Positions 61,640 through 64,000 of a DNA stretch of 64,000 nt are shown here, one piece after another. Below the pieces are notes generated by a model, which was not told the DNA's origin, did not search any database, and worked only from the letters and a program-made list of their open reading frames with translations. Source of the stretch: Candidatus Oxydemutatoraceae bacterium (GTDB taxonomy: Bacteria > Pseudomonadota > Gammaproteobacteria > Poriferisulfidales > Oxydemutatoraceae); assembly GCA_965219575.1 (NCBI GenBank), contig OZ244779.1, forward strand, positions 716,769-780,768. Reading direction: 5' to 3'. Every line of letters begins with the position of its first letter. Positions within the stretch are counted from its first letter, which is position 1. Made by a program: the position numbers and the translations under genes.

Positions 61640-61766
61640 AGAACCGCCGATTGAGCCAAATAACCGTTCCTTGTTGCAGTAGCACAAGGAACGTTACGTT
61701 ATACGAGGTTTAATTATTTATGGCTATTAGAAATAACCCGAATGTCAAAGGTCAATCGGCGGTTCT
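61640..61766. repeat. Expanded form of the hairpin repeat (15-bp IRs around a ~90-bp insert), abutting the tRNA-Arg 3' end
   Basis: agaaccgccgattga(gcc)...(gg)tcaatcggcggttct, with internal hairpin cgttccttgt..acaaggaacg. Confidence 0.8.
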
Positions 61767-61767
61767 G

Positions 61768-61844
61768 TGGTGCCCCTGAGATGATTCGAACATCCGACCC
61801 ACGCTTTAGGAGAGCGTTGCTCTATCCAACTGAGCTACAGGGGC
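61768..61844 (-). tRNA. tRNA-Arg (CCT)
   Basis: Reverse complement GCCCCTG..ACGCT-CTCCTAA-AGCGT..GTTCGAATC..CAGGGGCACCA. Confidence 0.96.
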
Positions 61845-61851
61845 ATCGTGG

Positions 61852-62247
61852 TTATTCTATAAGAGATTGGTTTGTGGAGGGTACATAGCCGTCTTGACAA
61901 TGCTCTACCGTCACCGAAGTTTGTATGCCGCCGCGCACGTTAAAATCGGCAATAAGTTTCATAAACCGAGGTTCGATCGCCGAGCGGAGATGATCTAGAA
62001 TCTCGTTGCTAACCGCTTCGTGAAATGCCGGTTGATCCCTGAAAGTCCACATATAGTTTTTTAGGCTTTTTAGTTCTATGCACAATTTGTCGGGTATATA
62101 ACTCAGATATAAATGGGCGAAATCGGGTTGCCCACTGAGCGGGCATAAGCAGGTAAACTCGGGAATATCTATATCAATGGTATAATCACGGTCAACTCTA
62201 GGGTTTTCAAAAGTTTCTATATTTTTGGTGGGCTTGCGATTCGACAT
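61852..62247 (-). CDS. queF: NADPH-dependent preQ1 synthase QueF (type I)
   Basis: [32 protein letters not shown]. Confidence 0.96.
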   Translation of the reverse strand: MSNRKPTKNIETFENPRVDRDYTIDIDIPEFTCLCPLSGQPDFAHLYLSYIPDKLCIELKSLKNYMWTFRDQPAFHEAVSNEILDHLRSAIEPRFMKLIADFNVRGGIQTSVTVEHCQDGYVPSTNQSLIE

Positions 62248-62286
62248 AATTCTTAACCTTTGGTTATCTATTTTAATACAACGAAA

Positions 62287-64000
62287 ATGAAACTTGAAAA
62301 GATAAAGTTAGTGGGGTTTAAGTCTTTTCCCGATCAAGTCACAATTGATATTCTATCAAATGTGACCGCCATCGTGGGTCCTAACGGCTGCGGTAAATCC
62401 AATATCGTCGATGCGGTGAGTTGGGCATTGGGACACGATGCACGCGAAGTACGGGCAGCTTACGCAGACGATGTTATTTTTAGCGGCACCGGTGCCCGCA
62501 AGGCGATGGGCTTGGCTTCGGCGGAATTATTATTCGACAACGCCGACAACAACGCCGGCGGACAGTACGCTTCGTATAATCAGATTTCGATACGCCGTAG
62601 TGTCGATCGTAACAGAGAATCGAAGTACTTTATAAACAACACACGTTGTCGCCGACGCGACATACACGATATTTTTGCAAACACCGGTTTAGGCACACAC
62701 GGCTATGCGATTATAGAACAAGGCATGATATCTCGTATCATAGAAGCTAAACCCGACGAAATGCGACTGTATATAGAAGAGGTAGCGGGCATATCTAAAT
62801 ATCGCGACCGTAAGCGTGATGCCGAAACTCGCATGCGTCATACCCGCGAAAATCTTGCACGAGTACGCGATATTCGCGAAGAGATCGATAAGCAACTGAG
62901 AAAACTTAAACGCCAAGCCGGAGATGCCGAGAGATTTAAGAAGTTAAAAGATACACAGCATAAACTAAGTATCCGGATGCTTGTTTTGGAATATCGTCAA
63001 TACGACAAACAGCGTTTGCATCACGAAAAACAGCTATCCGAATTTCGGCTGCAGCTGGAGAGCAATCAAACCGAGATTACTGCATCGGAAACCCGAACGC
63101 AAGAATTTCGTTTAACGCAAGACGAATGGAACGAAAAGCTCAATCAAACCCGCGAACGTTTCTATGCGCTCAACGCAGACATCGCCGGCGTAGAGCAAGA
63201 TATCGCAAATCGCCGCAAAAATGCCGAGCAACTTTCTCAAGAGCGGGGAGCGATAGAACAGGCAATGCAGAAATGCGAGGCGCGTGATGAAGCGCAAGCG
63301 CGAAGAAGGTCGCAATTACGGCAGAAACTACAAGCCGTGGAGGAAGCTATCGTACAAGCAAACGATAAGATGGCGGCGTATCAACGGCAACTCGACGAGG
63401 CCGAGCAAAAGCAAAGCCAACTCAGATCCGAATGGGATAGTCACCACAGCAGTGGCAAGGAAGTATTGGATAATGTAGAGGTCTATCTCGTCAAGATAGA
63501 CTATTGCGTCAAAGAACTCGATAATACACGAAGCCGAATATCGGAGATAACCGAACGGCGGGCGGCGATACAGCCGGATACCGCAAAAGCGCAACTCGCA
63601 CAAGAACGGCACGAACTACAAACTTTAGAACAAACTTTATCGCTATACGAACAAGATATTCGCGATCATACCGACGACGTTACACAACTGCAATCTCGGA
63701 TTGACGGCACTTTGAAAGATACCCACGAAGCCGGTATTTATGTGCAGAATCTACGCGGCAGACTCGCGTCGCTGAAAGCACTACAAGAAGAAGCGGTGGG
63801 ACAAGCACCGGAGGGTTTTACCGATTGGCTGAAAAAAAATAATCTATCCGATATCAAAAAGGTAGTGGATTATTTAGAGGTAGAAGCGGGTTGGGAGAGA
63901 GCTGTGGAACAAGTACTCGGTCATATGCTAAGCGGTATAGAGGTAGATGCGCTCGATAACTATACGAAGACTTCTTCGCAAATAAAGTCCGGACGATTGA
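62287..64000 (+). CDS. smc: Chromosome segregation protein SMC; runs off the window end
   Basis: Manual translation [52 protein letters not shown], followed by long coiled coil. Confidence 0.95.
   Translation, partial: MKLEKIKLVGFKSFPDQVTIDILSNVTAIVGPNGCGKSNIVDAVSWALGHDAREVRAAYADDVIFSGTGARKAMGLASAELLFDNADNNAGGQYASYNQISIRRSVDRNRESKYFINNTRCRRRDIHDIFANTGLGTHGYAIIEQGMISRIIEAKPDEMRLYIEEVAGISKYRDRKRDAETRMRHTRENLARVRDIREEIDKQLRKLKRQAGDAERFKKLKDTQHKLSIRMLVLEYRQYDKQRLHHEKQLSEFRLQLESNQTEITASETRTQEFRLTQDEWNEKLNQTRERFYALNADIAGVEQDIANRRKNAEQLSQERGAIEQAMQKCEARDEAQARRRSQLRQKLQAVEEAIVQANDKMAAYQRQLDEAEQKQSQLRSEWDSHHSSGKEVLDNVEVYLVKIDYCVKELDNTRSRISEITERRAAIQPDTAKAQLAQERHELQTLEQTLSLYEQDIRDHTDDVTQLQSRIDGTLKDTHEAGIYVQNLRGRLASLKALQEEAVGQAPEGFTDWLKKNNLSDIKKVVDYLEVEAGWERAVEQVLGHMLSGIEVDALDNYTKTSSQIKSGRL

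Noticed and set aside
61655-61750. Insert considered as an IscB/HEARO omega-RNA remnant (TTACGTT-like motif)
   Set aside because: Too short, no iscB/tnpB nearby; the resemblance is limited to a few bases.
62438-63612. Several short ORFs listed over the last 1.7 kb
   Set aside because: They overlap the smc frame starting at 62287, which the ORF track missed because it runs off the window.

Overview
Chromosomal window of a gammaproteobacterium. The broken operons, dispersed repeats and expanded sulfotransferases suggest a host-associated or symbiont lineage (inference). It is mostly housekeeping blocks: bioCH, plsY, clpB-pgeF-rluD/bamD, nadE, pilA-pilC-pilD-coaE-zapD, queEC, tolQRAB-cpoB, aspS-nudB-yebC-ruvCAB, ftsX, lspA-ispH, uvrC-pgsA, yceD-rpmF-plsX-fabH, grpE-dnaKJ-dapB, tyrS, M23-anmK, erpA, queF and smc, plus tRNA-Ala(CGC) and tRNA-Arg(CCT). 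Five things stand out. (1) An intact third ruv gene lies between ruvA and ruvB. It encodes a RuvB(AAA+)-RuvA(HhH+domain III) chimera made by a diverged ~1.18-kb tandem duplication whose junction falls at domain boundaries. (2) Nine AT-rich sulfotransferase/glycosyltransferase genes are inserted singly among core genes, two of them flanking a YeeE sulfur transporter. (3) A nested family of small repeats is present: a MITE, GTAG-type REPs and a 27-bp hairpin that inserts in REP loops and supplies the C-termini of AspS and PgsA. (4) An IS1202-family element has a 16-bp target duplication and a tandemly duplicated 135-bp structured unit. (5) Expected operon members (pal, pilB, ybgC, ftsE) are missing from their usual positions.
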